Assembly (NCBI GenBank): GCA_023133275.1
Contig: JAGLWU010000002.1
Location: forward strand, 2,440 to 66,439
DNA from: Candidatus Moraniibacteriota bacterium
GTDB lineage: Bacteria > Patescibacteriota > Minisyncoccia > Moranbacterales > GCA-2747515
Direction of reading: 5' to 3'
Length of the DNA: 64,000 bases
In this document: positions 30,904 through 41,687 of the stretch, one piece after another
Layout: each line of letters begins with the position of its first letter
Position numbering within the stretch: the first letter of the stretch is position 1
Made by a program: the position numbers and the translations under genes
Notes under the pieces: generated by a model
The model's input: only the letters and a program-made list of their open reading frames with translations
The model's database searches: none
Told to the model about the DNA's origin: nothing

Positions 30904-31389
30904 ATGACTGAATCTAAAGAAATAATTGAAGAAAGTATTGAAAAATTGCTCAATTTGACGGGTTTTGAAGGGGAAATTTCAATTGTAGAGCGTTCGGATT
31001 CTAAAGCGGATTATAAAAATATTAATTGCAACATTGAAATTAAAAAAGATTCAAATTTTATTATCGGTAAAGATGGAGTAACTCTTCAGTCCTTGGAAAG
31101 TCTTTTGAGAATAATTCTTTTTAAAAAAGATGTTAAAGATAGAATTATTATTGATATCAATGATTATCGTGAAAGTAAAAAAAATAATATCAAAAGATTA
31201 GTTTTAGAATTGGCTGAAAAAGTGGCTCGTGAAAAAAAACCTCAGGTTTTAAAACCGATGAATGCTTTCGAGCGAAGAAATGTGCATATTTTTTTGGAAA
31301 ATGATAAACGTGTGCAAACTGAAAGTATTGGCGAAAAATTGGAGCGAAAAATTGTTATTAAACCTCAAAGCATTATTGAATCTTTATGA
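30904..31389 (+). CDS. jag: Jag/EloR-like KH-R3H RNA-binding protein
   Basis: IIGKDGVTLQSL, DINDYR, PMNAFERRNVH, TESIGE; directly after yidC. Confidence 0.85.
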   Translation: MTESKEIIEESIEKLLNLTGFEGEISIVERSDSKADYKNINCNIEIKKDSNFIIGKDGVTLQSLESLLRIILFKKDVKDRIIIDINDYRESKKNNIKRLVLELAEKVAREKKPQVLKPMNAFERRNVHIFLENDKRVQTESIGEKLERKIVIKPQSIIESL

Positions 31390-32807
31390 TTGCTAGAAAA
31401 ATTGCTTACAATGTAGTTTTTAATGGAATTACTAAATTTATTTCCATTGGTTTAGCTATTTTCAGTATAGGAATGTTACAACATTATCTAGGTGTAACTG
31501 GTTACGGTAAATATACAACCGTTCTTTTCTACTTTGCATTATTTGGATCTGTTAGCGACTTAGGATTACACTCAATAATGACTAGGGAAATTTCTAAAAA
31601 ATCAGCAAATGAAAGTGAAATTTTAAGTAAAATATTTACACTAAGAGTTTTAATTTCTTTTAGTGTTTTTTTGATTTCATTAATATTGATTCCATTAGTG
31701 TCAATATTATTTTTTCACTACCCAATAGATATTCAAATTGGTATTTTGATTGCAGGAATATCATTCTTATTATCATCAAGTTATGGTTTACTCAACGGTC
31801 TTTTTCAAAAAAAATTAGCAATGGATAAAATAGCTTTGACTGAGCTAGCTGGAAAAGTTATTCAAGCCATCATTATCATATTAGCTGTAAAATTGAATAA
31901 AAGTTTTTTATTTGCAGTTAACTCACTATTGTTTTCAATGGTATTTAATTTTATAATAATTTATTTTCTTGCTAATAAATTTGTAAAAATAAGATTTATT
32001 ATAGATCTGCCATACTGGAAAAAGTTTTTGAAAAAATCTTTACCACTTGGAATTGGTGCAATAGCTACTTTTTGTTATTTTAATATTGACACCTTACTTT
32101 TAGGCTTTTTTCACACGCAAGAACAAGTTGGAATTTACGGGGCGGCTTATAAAATAATCGGGACTCTAGTTTTCTTCCCTGCTATGGTGATTGGATTAGT
32201 TTTCCCTCTTTTCTCTCGTTACATTAACGAAAAAGAAAAGTTCAATAAAATAGTTAACATTACTTTTAAATTTTTTATAATTATTGTTACTCCTTTAGTA
32301 GTCAGTGTTCAATTTTTAGCTGATGAAATTGTTACTATAATCGGTGGTGCTGAATTTATAAGATCAGCTTTTCCGCTACAGCTTTTGATTTTTGCTCTAG
32401 CTTTTATATTTTTTGGTCAATTATCTACTAATATTTTAATTGCTGCCTCTAAACAAAAAACTTTAATGAAAATTTTAATTGGTGTAGCTATATTTAATTT
32501 GTCAGCTAATATTATTTTTATACCGCTTTATTCATACAATGGAGCTGCTCTTATTTCTGTAATTAGCGAATTTTTAGTAACTATAATTTCATTTTTCGTT
32601 TTATTTAAAAATAATATTTATCGACCTAATGTGCCTAAAATTTTATTTATATTTTTAGCTGGAATAATAATGCTATCTGTCTATTGCTTCTCTAAATTAT
32701 TTTTACCAGTTACTGTAATATTAGCTGTGCTGAGTTATTTTTTCATTCTTTTTATTTTTAAAGTTATTTCGAAATCAGAAATTCAACAACTCTTGTTAAG
32801 GAAATAG
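31386..32807 (+). CDS. Wzx-type polysaccharide flippase
   Basis: LGVTGYGKY, DLGL..REIS, IDTLLL, VGIYGAAY, FPLFS, GAAL; many TMs. Confidence 0.88.
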   Translation: MIARKIAYNVVFNGITKFISIGLAIFSIGMLQHYLGVTGYGKYTTVLFYFALFGSVSDLGLHSIMTREISKKSANESEILSKIFTLRVLISFSVFLISLILIPLVSILFFHYPIDIQIGILIAGISFLLSSSYGLLNGLFQKKLAMDKIALTELAGKVIQAIIIILAVKLNKSFLFAVNSLLFSMVFNFIIIYFLANKFVKIRFIIDLPYWKKFLKKSLPLGIGAIATFCYFNIDTLLLGFFHTQEQVGIYGAAYKIIGTLVFFPAMVIGLVFPLFSRYINEKEKFNKIVNITFKFFIIIVTPLVVSVQFLADEIVTIIGGAEFIRSAFPLQLLIFALAFIFFGQLSTNILIAASKQKTLMKILIGVAIFNLSANIIFIPLYSYNGAALISVISEFLVTIISFFVLFKNNIYRPNVPKILFIFLAGIIMLSVYCFSKLFLPVTVILAVLSYFFILFIFKVISKSEIQQLLLRK

Positions 32808-32850
32808 TTTAAAAAAATATTTAATACTAAAAATTTCAAACTCTCATAAT

Positions 32851-33021
32851 TTTCCTGTCATTCTGAACGGATTTATTTTTTCGTTAGAAAAAATAAAGGA
32901 GTGAAGAATCCCCTACAGAAAATTATAGAATTTTGAAATTACTAAAGTTTCAGAAAAACTTATTGAGATTCTTCACTGCATAAATTTTTTGTAAAAAAAT
33001 TTATTACGTTCAAAATGACAG
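32851..33021. repeat. TGTCATTCTGAACG...GTGAAGAATC / GATTCTTCAC...GTTCAAAATGACA paired palindromic repeat
   Basis: Inverted pair of units; homologous to 28413-28470. Confidence 0.8.
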
Positions 33022-33058
33022 TTTATATTAAAAGTTTAAATAAAAAAATCAAAGTAAA

Positions 33059-33862
33059 ATGCCCAAAAACAACAAGAAATTTTCCATCATTATCGTTAAT
33101 TTTAAAAGCCGAAACTTTTTGAATGATTGTTTAGAGAGTATTGATAAATTTATTACACCTGTTTTAAAAAATGATTTTGAAATAATTATTGTTAATAATG
33201 ATAGCAATAAATTAAACTTTAAAGACAATTTTTCTTTTCCTGTTAAAATTGTTGGGAATAATAAAAATTTAGGCTTTGGTAGTGCTGTAAATTGTGGAGT
33301 TAAAGTTGCTGAAGGAGAATATTTATTTTTCTTGAATCCTGATACGCTTTTTAAAGATAGCTCTTTTGTTAAAGTTATTGATTATATTAGAAATAAAAAA
33401 TGTAAAAAAAAGAAAATTGGAATTGTGGGTTTGAAAATTTTGGAAGAGAAAAATGATAAAATTCAAAAATGGTCATGTGGTAATAAAACATCTTTGTGGC
33501 ATATTATTTCGAGAAATATTTTTAATGAAAAAAAATGGGAGGAGATTGAAATTACTAAAGTTGATTGGGTCAGTGGCGGGGCGATGATTGTTGAGAGAAG
33601 TCTTTTTGATAGGTTGAATGGTTTTGATGATAATTTTTTTATGTATTTTGAGGATCAGGATTTGTGTTTGCGGGCGAAAAAGATTGGTGCGGAAATTATT
33701 TATTTTCCGTATTCTTGGGTTTGGCATTTGGGTGGTGGGAGCTGGTCGGAAAGTGAGTTGCAGAAAATTGAGTATTATAAATCGCAGGATTATTTTTTTG
33801 GGAAGCATTTTGGGAAATGGCAAAGCTGGGTTTTGAGATTTTTTCGAAGGATTTTTAAATGA
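33059..33862 (+). CDS. GT2 glycosyltransferase (WbbL-like)
   Basis: SIIIVNF, NLGFG, LNPD, DWVSGGAM, FFMYFEDQDLC. Confidence 0.92.
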   Translation: MPKNNKKFSIIIVNFKSRNFLNDCLESIDKFITPVLKNDFEIIIVNNDSNKLNFKDNFSFPVKIVGNNKNLGFGSAVNCGVKVAEGEYLFFLNPDTLFKDSSFVKVIDYIRNKKCKKKKIGIVGLKILEEKNDKIQKWSCGNKTSLWHIISRNIFNEKKWEEIEITKVDWVSGGAMIVERSLFDRLNGFDDNFFMYFEDQDLCLRAKKIGAEIIYFPYSWVWHLGGGSWSESELQKIEYYKSQDYFFGKHFGKWQSWVLRFFRRIFK

Positions 33863-33910
33863 TTGTGTATCTTATGTTATAATAAATTAAGTTAATTTTA
33901 AAGTAATGTT

Positions 33911-34540
33911 ATGAAAAAAATATTTTTAGTATTGGGTTTGTTAGTTGTTTTATTTGGTTGTAGTGAGCAAGAAGAAGTAAAAAATTTAGAAGCTGGTATT
34001 CCAAGTTATAAAATTGAAAAAAAGGATTTCATGAAACCTATTAAAGCCAGTTTTGACGTAAGACTTGAAAATAAAATTACTGAAAAAGAAATCCAGATTA
34101 TTGCCAATAAAATAAAATCTGAAAATGCTGGATATGATAAATATTTTATTCTTTACTATTTGCCTGATATGAAAATAGGTGCTGGTGCTTGGGCAACTAG
34201 TAATTTTAATCCAGATTTAGAGATAAAAATATTAGGATTAACTTTAGAAGAAGAAAATAAAACCAAAAATCCATCATTAATGCCGACTGGTAAAATAGTG
34301 GGTAAATGGTTACATGAAATGCATAATAATACAACTGTTATTTTCAATGAAGACAATAAATTCAAAATGAGACAACTATTTAAAGATGGTTCATTTGGCG
34401 ATAAAGACTTAGTAAAAAAAGATGATAATATATATACTTATCAAAACGATTTCGGTGAATATGTCAAAATAGAAAACGATGGTAGTTTAAGTTGGTACTC
34501 TGAAAATGGAAAATTTGCAACTTTGCAAAAAATTGACTAA
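33911..34540 (+). CDS. Hypothetical lipoprotein
   Basis: Lipobox LFGC; own terminator. Confidence 0.8.
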   Translation: MKKIFLVLGLLVVLFGCSEQEEVKNLEAGIPSYKIEKKDFMKPIKASFDVRLENKITEKEIQIIANKIKSENAGYDKYFILYYLPDMKIGAGAWATSNFNPDLEIKILGLTLEEENKTKNPSLMPTGKIVGKWLHEMHNNTTVIFNEDNKFKMRQLFKDGSFGDKDLVKKDDNIYTYQNDFGEYVKIENDGSLSWYSENGKFATLQKID

Positions 34541-34544
34541 AAAT

Positions 34545-34570
34545 AAAATCCGCTTAATTAAGCGGATTTT
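34545..34570 (+). terminator. Intrinsic terminator
   Basis: aaaatccgctt..aagcggatttt. Confidence 0.75.
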
Positions 34571-34617
34571 TTATTTAAAATTATTTAATCAAAAATAATC
34601 TTTTAATAACTCAGACT

Positions 34618-35892
34618 ATGAAACTAATCCAAAACTTCACACAATTTCTCCTCTTCCTAATCCCCTTCCAATTCGCCCTCAACATCGGAAGCACCATCGA
34701 CCTAGCCATTATTCGAGTAGCAATAATAGCCCTATTTTTAATTTACCTCACCGTCGCCTTATACAAAAAAAACCTAATCATCCCCAAAGGACTAATCGCC
34801 CTATTCAGTTTCCTCTTCATTTTCTGGACAACCTTTTCAATATTTTACACCCCAGTTCTCAGCTGGACATTAAGAAAGATAATATTCTTAATTTTCATCG
34901 GAATAATTTTTCTAGTTTTCACCAACATTTTAAATTATGCCAAAAAAGAAAATAAAATAGATTCACTGATCAAATATTTAGTCGCTGGATCAATCCTCGT
35001 ATCTCTAATAGGAATCATTCAATTTTTCTCCCAATTCATACTTGGCTTAAACACAATTTTAAATTTATGGACTGCCATCGCACCGTTTTTTCTCGGCAAT
35101 TCATTTTCTGAAGCAGTCATCGGATACAACAGTTGGCTAGTCAACGTGGCTGGAGTAAATTTAATTCGAGCCACCGCCTTTTTTCCCGACCCGCACATTT
35201 TTTCTTTTTACTGTGGTTTAACTGCACCATTTTCTCTCGCTTTATTTTCAAAAACAAAAAAATATTTTTGGCTTTTAGGATTTTTCACAATCATTCTAGT
35301 CGACTTACTAACTTTCACCCGAGGAGGATATTTCGGTTTACTCGTCGGATTTACAGTCGGAATAATTTTATTTTGGAGTCAATTGAAAACTTTTCACAAA
35401 CATCTTGCCACACTATTTATAATTTTATTTATTTTAATTCTCTTCATTCCAAATAATTTTTTCATAAACAGATTTCAGTCTTCTTTTGATCAGTCAGATA
35501 ATTCTGTGAATCTTCGCTTGGAATTACTGTCAGAAGCTTGGCAAACTGTACAAGAAAATTTATTTGTCGGCGTTGGACTGGGAGCTTATCCGAAAGTAGT
35601 CAATCCACAGGCAGATTATCGGATGCCAATTTATGCACACAATACATATTTAGATATTTGGGTTGAATTAGGACTAATAGGCTTCTTACTATTTTTAATT
35701 TTATTATTTACTCTTTTAATTATTTTTTATAAAAACAGAGAGAAAACTTTTCCTAAATTTGCTATAATAAGCTTAAGTATTTTCATGGGACATTTAATTT
35801 TCGACACGCCAATTTTTTCCGTTCACATTTTTCCTGTTTTTATTTTTATAGTTGCTCTAGGTTCTTTTTATGAAAATGAAATTAGTAACTAG
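34618..35892 (+). CDS. O-antigen ligase/Wzy_C family membrane protein
   Basis: RATAFFPDPH, TFTRGGY, GVGLG, AHNTYLDIWVELGLIG. Confidence 0.88.
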   Translation: MKLIQNFTQFLLFLIPFQFALNIGSTIDLAIIRVAIIALFLIYLTVALYKKNLIIPKGLIALFSFLFIFWTTFSIFYTPVLSWTLRKIIFLIFIGIIFLVFTNILNYAKKENKIDSLIKYLVAGSILVSLIGIIQFFSQFILGLNTILNLWTAIAPFFLGNSFSEAVIGYNSWLVNVAGVNLIRATAFFPDPHIFSFYCGLTAPFSLALFSKTKKYFWLLGFFTIILVDLLTFTRGGYFGLLVGFTVGIILFWSQLKTFHKHLATLFIILFILILFIPNNFFINRFQSSFDQSDNSVNLRLELLSEAWQTVQENLFVGVGLGAYPKVVNPQADYRMPIYAHNTYLDIWVELGLIGFLLFLILLFTLLIIFYKNREKTFPKFAIISLSIFMGHLIFDTPIFSVHIFPVFIFIVALGSFYENEISN

Positions 35893-35987
35893 TCATCAGT
35901 AATCCGTAACTAAAAAAATTTTAAATGTGCTTTTTTATCATACTCTTATCATAAGACTTTTCATTTATCTTAGTGAAATTTTTCTAA

Positions 35988-36022
35988 TTCGTAAAAACGT
36001 AGCACTGCTACGTTTCTACGAA
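35988..36022. repeat. REP palindrome within a reversed composite repeat (about 35950-36160)
   Basis: ttcgtaaaaacgtagca c tgctacgtttctacgaa; nearby aacagtgggtcatgacccactgtt. Confidence 0.75.
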
Positions 36023-36168
36023 TAGAGAAGAAAATATATTTTCCGAAATGACTGCTCGAGTAACTACAAAGGATCACTCCTATAAAATATATGAAAAGCC
36101 CGTGTAGCGAACATTTAAACTCTTTTAAAAAAACAGTGGGTCATGACCCACTGTTCAAAAATAAATTT

Positions 36169-37377
36169 ATGCAAAAATTAATCAAAAAAAATATAACAAT
36201 TGACATTTTATTATTTCTCTCAATAATATCAATTCCCCTTTATCAAATAAGAGTAAATATTTTTATCACATCTTTAAGTTTATTGAGTCTCGCAGAATTA
36301 ATTTTAATAATGTTTGGTATTTTTATTTACAGGAGAGAATTAAAAATTATTTATTTAAAAGAAAAATATTTTTTTAATTTAATTTTAAGTCTTTTGGCAA
36401 TTTTATTATTAAGCGTTTTAAAAACAAACACTATTCACGCTTACGGAATTTTTATAGAATGGTTTCTCCTTCCAATATTAGCCAGTTTTATTATTTTAAT
36501 TTACTTGCGACAAAATGAAAATAAAATTTTGTTATTAAAAAAAATGATAACTTTTATTTTTTTTGCTGTTTCTGTAGTGGCTTTATTTTATTGGTTCAAA
36601 AAAGATTTAACTTTTGATGATCGTTTAAAAACCTTTTATCTTTCTCCAAATCATTTGGCAATGTTTATTTCTTCAACAATATTTATTGTTTTTAGTTTAA
36701 TTTATGAAATTAAAAATAAGTTAATAAAAATTTTGTTAGCAATAATAATTTTAATTGGAATATTAATTTTATTTAAAACTAATTCGATTATTAATTTACT
36801 GGCAGTTTTTATGGCTATTAATATTTACTTGATTTATTTTTATCGTAAAAGTTTTATTTTAATAGTAAGTATATTTTTAACAATAAGTTTAATTTTTATT
36901 TCTGTTCAACATAAAATTCCAAATGTTGAAACTGTTTTTAAAAAAAATTCTGGCAGTTCCAGATTAGTTATTTACACCGTTTCATTAAATTTAGCAAGAA
37001 AAAATTTGTTTATTGGAAAAAATTTAGGCAATTTTCAAAATAAATATTTAGCACAACAACAATTTTACCCGCCGTATCCAGAATGGGCAGTGCCAACTCC
37101 TCATAATTTCATTTTGATGAATTTGTTTTCTGGCGGACTTATTTTTACAATATTGTTTATTTTAATAATTGTTTATTGGATTTTTAAGATGTTTATTAAA
37201 TTAGGAAAAGCAAAAAATAAACAAAAAATTATTTTTCTTTATATTTTAACAATACTTGTAATTATCATTCAAGGAATTTTTGATACGCCATATTGGAAAA
37301 ACGATTTGTCTTTCATTTTTTGGATTGTGATAATTTTAGGTTTAAGTGAAAAAAGTTTTTTAAAATTAAAAACGTAG
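36169..37377 (+). CDS. O-antigen ligase/Wzy_C family membrane protein
   Basis: DDRLKTFYLSPNHLAM, SRLVIY, PTPHN, FDTPYWKND; likely start MQKL at 36169. Confidence 0.82.
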   Translation: MQKLIKKNITIDILLFLSIISIPLYQIRVNIFITSLSLLSLAELILIMFGIFIYRRELKIIYLKEKYFFNLILSLLAILLLSVLKTNTIHAYGIFIEWFLLPILASFIILIYLRQNENKILLLKKMITFIFFAVSVVALFYWFKKDLTFDDRLKTFYLSPNHLAMFISSTIFIVFSLIYEIKNKLIKILLAIIILIGILILFKTNSIINLLAVFMAINIYLIYFYRKSFILIVSIFLTISLIFISVQHKIPNVETVFKKNSGSSRLVIYTVSLNLARKNLFIGKNLGNFQNKYLAQQQFYPPYPEWAVPTPHNFILMNLFSGGLIFTILFILIIVYWIFKMFIKLGKAKNKQKIIFLYILTILVIIIQGIFDTPYWKNDLSFIFWIVIILGLSEKSFLKLKT

Positions 37378-37428
37378 CAGTACTACGTTTCTACATTAAG
37401 ATATTTCGTAATATTTCAATAAATCTAA

Positions 37429-38562
37429 TTAATCCATGCTCAAACGATACAATAAACCATTTGCTCGATTGATAAAAAATAAGGCATCTTCAGTTTTTGA
37501 AAGAAATAAATTAGTAGCATCAAGTTGCTCAATTAATTCTTCTAATTTAACTAATCGTTCTTTTTTTCCTGTCGCTATTTCCATTTTCCAGAAAGTATCT
37601 TGAGTAACAAACTTTTTATTCAAATAATCATTCGGCATCACACTTCCGTCAGAGACACCGCTTGGCTGAGCATAATAAATTGTTTTACTATCTTTGCTCC
37701 ACACCACTTTTTGAATTAAGGTAGGAATCTGTAAATCTTGAAATTCTTCACCTTGACTATTAGCAATTCCTAAATTCATTTTCTGTCCTCCTTCTTCATT
37801 AACATAACTCACAATAAATTTACTTCCATCAGGAGAAAACAAAAAATCTGCACCAAATTTATCACCAAATATTTTTTGCGGTTCACTAAGACTGGTTATA
37901 TTTGTTTTAAATAATTTTGTTATTGAAGAAGAATCTGGTTTTGACCAAAAAGCTATTTGAATAGAATGAGGAATACTTTGAAATGAAACGTGCCGAAAAT
38001 CTAAATTAACAATTTTTTTCCAATTAGATCCATCAAGATTGGCTGAATTTAAAGAACGTTCCTTTTTATTTTCATCAAAATATTTGTAAATAATCTTATC
38101 ATTTATGTTTGACCAACCAGCCGAATCGATATTTTCCTTTAAATTAATTTGCTCTCCAGTTTGATGATTATTAATTACAATATGACCATCACTAAAAGTT
38201 ATAATAGCAAGCTGAGAATCATTAGACCAATCAATGGATTTAATATTGAGTAGTTTTTCATCACTAATTTTAGTAGCATTAGTGCCTCTTTCAGTTATAT
38301 TCCACAAAGTTCCATCGAGATTACTGTAATAATAAATTGATCCATCCTTAATATTCACAGCGGCTGAAATAACCGTTCCACTAGTCATACTAGCTATTTT
38401 TAAACTGACTGTTTCTAATGACTCAAAACTTTTTTCTTTTATTGGTTCATTTTTAATAATTTTTTCTGGAGATTTTTTAAAAACTAGAAAATAAATTCCC
38501 GAAAAAATACTTATAAAAACCATGATTACAGCGGAAATAATAAATATTTTTTTTAATAACAT
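37429..38562 (-). CDS. Membrane-anchored TolB/WD40-like beta-propeller protein
   Basis: N-terminal TM; WSND, ANLDGSN, FSPDG, WSKD repeats. Confidence 0.75.
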   Translation of the reverse strand: MLLKKIFIISAVIMVFISIFSGIYFLVFKKSPEKIIKNEPIKEKSFESLETVSLKIASMTSGTVISAAVNIKDGSIYYYSNLDGTLWNITERGTNATKISDEKLLNIKSIDWSNDSQLAIITFSDGHIVINNHQTGEQINLKENIDSAGWSNINDKIIYKYFDENKKERSLNSANLDGSNWKKIVNLDFRHVSFQSIPHSIQIAFWSKPDSSSITKLFKTNITSLSEPQKIFGDKFGADFLFSPDGSKFIVSYVNEEGGQKMNLGIANSQGEEFQDLQIPTLIQKVVWSKDSKTIYYAQPSGVSDGSVMPNDYLNKKFVTQDTFWKMEIATGKKERLVKLEELIEQLDATNLFLSKTEDALFFINRANGLLYRLSMD

Positions 38563-38819
38563 AGTAAATTTTTATTTATGATGAATGATAAAATTCTTTT
38601 TAAAAATAATGAGTTTTTAAAAAATTTTTAAATTAATACTTTTTAAACTGAGATCTTTTATGATCTGTTTTTTTAAACAAACTTTTTCAAAAAAACTTAT
38701 TTTTTTATTTAAATTAAAGCGAAATAATTTAAAATTTAAAGTCTCTAAAAAAGTTTAATTAAATAGAAAAATTAAAACTTCTTTAGTTAAAAATAATCTT
38801 ACTCAAAAAAAATTCAAAA

Positions 38820-41687
38820 CTATCGATTATTATAAGAAGTAAAACTTAATGCTAAATGAGAAACAAATAACATAACACTGACCATTAAAACCATTTTTAA
38901 AAGAAAAAAGAAATAGGCAGGCGTATTGCTAGCGGTTGTGGCAAAAAATCCGATTGCTTTATTTTTACTCACTGCCTCATCATTATTGCCTGCAACTAAT
39001 CTAACACTTGTACTCATATAAAAATCTGAAATGTCATATTGATTAATGCCAAAAATATTAGCTAAAGCTTCTTTTTTATCAGGTCTATAAACTGCTTTAA
39101 GACTTAAGTTAGTACTTGATTCTGGAACAATTTGTAAAGTTTTTTCATAACTTTTGTCTCCATTAAATTCCCATTCTGTTACTAAATTAGAATCAATAAA
39201 GCTTGGCGTGGTAACAACTTTGAAATCAACGCTATTACCTTCTTCTATTATTTCAATAATTCTATCACTCTTATCTGGAAATTTATTACCTTGCACATCT
39301 ACATAATTTCCTGAAAATTTATAATCAGCATTTTTTATTGGCTTAGCAATTATTTTAGGTTCAACTATTCTAAATTTTCTTGGAACAACTTGATAACCGT
39401 GAGTGTTTTCACTTGGATCATTGTAAACAGCGATAACTTCTACATAATCACCGACATCGCCAACCACAGGAAAAAATATTTTATTTGTATTTGTCTCATC
39501 AATACATTCACTAGAGACACTACTATTACAGGAATAATCTTGACCATTAACTGTCCAAGAAATTAAATCTTCAGTACCATCTTCGGGAATAAACATTTCT
39601 ATTCCAATAATTTCTCCTCTGACCACTCGACAAAGTGCTTCATCAATACCGTCTCCACAAATTTCCTCTTTACTAGAAACAGTTTGTCCATCAGAAGTTG
39701 TTGAATAAGCTTTTAACCGTCCTCCTGATTTTTGAATTGGAATTATTATTGAATTCATTCCATAACTACTAGTATTTCCTTTAAAATTTGTATTGGCTTG
39801 TAGAGTCGTGCAGGCATACCCTCTTCCACCACTGTCAAAGCAAGAATCTGGAAAATCTGCTTCCATATTGAAGGAATTTATATTGTTTCCTTTTGTTTTA
39901 TTGAATATATTACCCGCTTCACGCATTTCTTGAGTAACATCATCACCCTCTTCACAAACAGTATTTTCATTATCTCCACATTTAATATTCCACTGATAAT
40001 GTAATTGTGTTGGATTAAGATTTTTTCCACTATCACTTTTAATTCCAACGTTAAATTCTATTGTGCTACCTACTCCACTTGTTGCAACTAAGTCTCCCCA
40101 ATTTGAAGTTAATGAGAGATTTAATGCATCATATTCACTTGACCCAGGTTCAACTAAATTATCTGCCAAACATTTATTTATTTTTTTATTAGTCATTGCA
40201 GCTGTTGGAACTAATAATTGCTTTCCCTTTACATCTGTCATGTATCCGCCCATTTCCTCTAAATCACAACCTCCCGCCATAAATGAAAAAATTGGCATAA
40301 ATCCTCCACCGTCATCAGTACTATCTTCATCATAATGCGGAGTTGGAGTAGTTGAAAGACCTTCAACTATAACACCAATTCTATCTCCTGGTGAATATTT
40401 AAAAGTTAATTCACTAACACCCTTTCCTCTTATCAAATCTATATCTGGAATACCTAAACTAGTCGTCGCTATTGATGTTGGATCCATACCCAAACTTATT
40501 TTTGTAATCGAATCTAAGGTATTTCCTAAGCCAAGTATTTTTCCATCAAGTCTTGGAAATAAATGCATTTCATCTGAATCATAAGGTTCAAAATCTTCTT
40601 CACTATCTGCACTTACTTCACAATTACTTTCTCCCGGAATACCAGCATTACAATCATTTGCAAGATCTGACGCCTCACAACTTCCATTTTCATAAGAAGA
40701 TGCATCATCAATACTGTAACTATAACTATTCCCCGCTGCTGTTTCACAATTTACAGTAAAAGATCCTGTCTTACCTAAACCTCTTTGAAACATTATTCGG
40801 TTATCTGTTTCCATTCCTCGATATGAAAAACCGCTATCACAACTCACAATATTAGGAGAAGCTGGACATAATATTAAAACGGAATAAGGAACATTTTCAT
40901 CTGAACCATCGGGATTATAATGATGAAAACCAGTATCTGAACCATAATTACGACCGTCTTCTGGACCTGGACACCTACCACCATCTGAGGGCTCATCGTA
41001 ACATTCTTCATAAGATATTTCATCGGCTTCTCCTAATTGATAAAATTTTCCGGCTCCTCCATGCATGTATAAAAGAGCATTTTTCACATCCCTATTATTG
41101 TCTCCACCAAAAAAAGCATCTGCAACTTCAAAAGTTTTTTCTGGTATTTCAAACGGATCTAATATTCCATTACCATTACCGCCATTAAAAATTTGATCAT
41201 GCACCAATGGATTAAAATTAGAATTGGCTTTTATATTTTCTTTTATTGCTCTAAGTTTTCCCTCATTTATAACAGCAGGATCACTTGGATCTGCACCTTC
41301 TGGTATAATGTACCAGGTAAAATAGGCATTTTCATGATTACTTATTCCATCAACAGCAGCAGTTGCTGTAAGATTTTCACCAGCTCTAATTGTTCCTTCA
41401 AAATTTATATTTATTTCTGGTTTTTTTACTTTTCCATCCATTAAATTTAATTGTTCGGTTAGTGGCTCAAGAGATTGCTTTATGTTTATATCAAGCATAT
41501 CTTCGAGAGCTGTTCTTATCGCATCACCAATAGGATCACTAATACCACCTGCTATATTAACAGTTTCAGTTTCTTCTTCATCATCAGCAGCTTGGATAGA
41601 ATAAATTGGTGTTCCAGAAAAGATTAAAATTTCGAAAATAATAAATAGCGAAAATAACTTTTTTTTAAAAACTTTTTGTTTTTTCAT
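38820..41687 (-). CDS. Large secreted acidic Cys-rich protein with Ig-like segments and a C-terminal TM anchor
   Basis: 955 aa; signal peptide; many Cys; YFTW/YQW/ISWTVNG/EWEFNG motifs; hydrophobic C-terminus. Confidence 0.8.
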   Translation of the reverse strand: MKKQKVFKKKLFSLFIIFEILIFSGTPIYSIQAADDEEETETVNIAGGISDPIGDAIRTALEDMLDINIKQSLEPLTEQLNLMDGKVKKPEININFEGTIRAGENLTATAAVDGISNHENAYFTWYIIPEGADPSDPAVINEGKLRAIKENIKANSNFNPLVHDQIFNGGNGNGILDPFEIPEKTFEVADAFFGGDNNRDVKNALLYMHGGAGKFYQLGEADEISYEECYDEPSDGGRCPGPEDGRNYGSDTGFHHYNPDGSDENVPYSVLILCPASPNIVSCDSGFSYRGMETDNRIMFQRGLGKTGSFTVNCETAAGNSYSYSIDDASSYENGSCEASDLANDCNAGIPGESNCEVSADSEEDFEPYDSDEMHLFPRLDGKILGLGNTLDSITKISLGMDPTSIATTSLGIPDIDLIRGKGVSELTFKYSPGDRIGVIVEGLSTTPTPHYDEDSTDDGGGFMPIFSFMAGGCDLEEMGGYMTDVKGKQLLVPTAAMTNKKINKCLADNLVEPGSSEYDALNLSLTSNWGDLVATSGVGSTIEFNVGIKSDSGKNLNPTQLHYQWNIKCGDNENTVCEEGDDVTQEMREAGNIFNKTKGNNINSFNMEADFPDSCFDSGGRGYACTTLQANTNFKGNTSSYGMNSIIIPIQKSGGRLKAYSTTSDGQTVSSKEEICGDGIDEALCRVVRGEIIGIEMFIPEDGTEDLISWTVNGQDYSCNSSVSSECIDETNTNKIFFPVVGDVGDYVEVIAVYNDPSENTHGYQVVPRKFRIVEPKIIAKPIKNADYKFSGNYVDVQGNKFPDKSDRIIEIIEEGNSVDFKVVTTPSFIDSNLVTEWEFNGDKSYEKTLQIVPESSTNLSLKAVYRPDKKEALANIFGINQYDISDFYMSTSVRLVAGNNDEAVSKNKAIGFFATTASNTPAYFFFLLKMVLMVSVMLFVSHLALSFTSYNNR

